64,000 nt of DNA, from the NCBI RefSeq assembly GCF_018977255.1, contig NW_024704742.1, positions 3,968,001 through 4,032,000 on the forward strand, read 5' to 3'. This DNA comes from Callorhinchus milii. Lineage: Eukaryota. Under the pieces are notes generated by a model that saw only the letters and a list, made by a program, of their open reading frames with translations, ran no database searches and was not told the DNA's origin. Made by a program: the position numbers and the translations under genes. Shown here in pieces: positions 62,560 to 64,000 of this stretch. Positions within the stretch are counted from its first letter, which is position 1. Each line of letters opens with the position of its first letter.

Positions 62560-63980
62560 ATGTGGGTGTGTGTGTATGTGTGTGTGTGTGTGGGGGGTGT
62601 GGGGTGTGGGGAGGGGTGTATGTGGGGGGGGTGTATGTGGGGGGGGGTGGGGTGTGTGTGGGGGGTGTATGTGGGGGGGGGGGGTGTGGGGGGGGGTGGG
62701 GGTGGTGTGTGGGGGGGTGTATGTGGGGGGGGGTGTGGGGTGTGTGTGTGGGGGGGTGTATGTGGGGGGCGGTGTGGGGTGTGTGGGGGGGGGTGTGGGG
62801 TGTGTGTGTGGGGGGTGTATGTGGGGGGCGGTGTGGGGTGTGTGGGGNNNNNNNNNNNNNNNNNNNNNNNNNNNNNNNNNNNNNNNNNNNNNNNNNNNNN
62901 NNNNNNNNNNNNNNNNNNNNNNNNNNNNNNNNNNNNNNNNNNNNNNNNNNNNNNNNNNNNNNNNNNNNNNNNNNNNNNNNNNNNNNNNNNNNNNNNNNNN
63001 NNNNNNNNNNNNNNNNNNNNNNNNNNNNNNNNNNNNNNNNNNNNNNNNNNNNNNNNNNNNNNNNNNNNNNNNNNNNNNNNNNNNNNGTGGGGGTGTATGT
63101 GGGGGGTGTATGGGGGGGGTGTGGGGTGTGTGTGTGGGGGGGTGTATGTGGGGGGGGGTGTGTATGTGGGGGGGTGTATGTGGGGGGGGTGTGGGGTGTG
63201 TGTGGGGGGGTGTATGTGGGGGGGGGTGTGGGGGTGTGTGTGTGGGGGGGTGTATGTGGGGTGTGGGGTGTGTGTGGGGGGGTGTATGTGGGGGGGGTGT
63301 GGGGTGTGTGTGGGGNNNNNNNNNNNNNNNNNNNNNNNNNNNNNNNNNNNNNNNNNNNNNNNNNNNNNNNNNNNNNNNNNNNNNNNNNNNNNNNNNNNNN
63401 NNNNNNNNNNNNNNNNNNNNNNNNNNNNNNNNNNNNNNNNNNNNNNNNNNNNNNNNNNNNNNNNNNNNGGCGTGAGGTGTGTGGGGTGGGGTGGGGGGGT
63501 GTGGTGTGTGTGTGGGGGGGGTGTATGTGGGGGGGGTGAGGTGTGTGGGGGGGGGTGTATGTGGGGGGGAGTGTATGTGGGGGGGGGTGAGGTGTGTGGG
63601 GGGGGTGTATGTGGGGGGGGGTGAGGTGTGTGGGGGGTGTGTGTGTGGGGGGGGTGTATGTGGGGGGGGGTGAGGTGTGTGGGGGGGGTGTGTGTGTGGG
63701 GGGGGTGTATGTGGGGTGGGGGGGGTGTGGTGTGTGTGTGGGGGGGTGTGTGTGTGGGGGGGTGTATGTGGGGGGGGGTGTATGTGGGGGGGGTGAGGTG
63801 TGTGTGTGGGGGGGTGTATGTGGGGGGGTGAGGTGTGTGGGGATGTGTGTGTGTGGGGGGGGTGTATGTGGGGGGGGTGTATGTGTGGGGGGGTGTATGT
63901 GGGGGGGTGAGGTGTGTGGGGTGAGGTGTGTGGGGGGGGGGGTGTGGGGGGGGGGGTGTATGTGGGGGGGGGTGTGGGGG
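62560..63980 (+). repeat. G/T-rich satellite (GGGGGGTGTATGT / GGGGTGTG)n with N gaps
   Basis: Low-complexity tandem units interrupted by gaps at 62848-63086 and 63316-63468. Confidence 0.9.
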
Positions 63981-64000
63981 GTCTCTCTATGACCTGCATC

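Overview
Vertebrate genomic DNA, most likely from a cartilaginous fish (holocephalan/chimaera-type tRNA-Ala/Deu/L2-tail SINEs, plus CR1 and L2 LINE fragments), from a gapped assembly with homopolymer errors. Two genes are recognisable: single-exon atoh1 (minus strand) and two-exon, 51-aa tomm5 (plus strand, absent from the ORF track), head-to-head about 7.5 kb apart. Both lie in a ~16 kb unit (25490-41968) repeated after a 25-N gap (41994-57499); this most likely represents two haplotypes assembled in tandem. Downstream of atoh1 are blocks resembling the mammalian Atoh1 3' autoregulatory enhancers A and B (compared from memory). The most unusual observations are a TSD-flanked, A-tailed retroposon with a U2 snRNA 5' head (14821-15271), a 19 x 27-bp CCAAT/NF-Y minisatellite directly upstream of the tomm5 ATG, and a decayed Penelope-type hammerhead motif. 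All homologies are recalled, not searched, and need confirmation by alignment.
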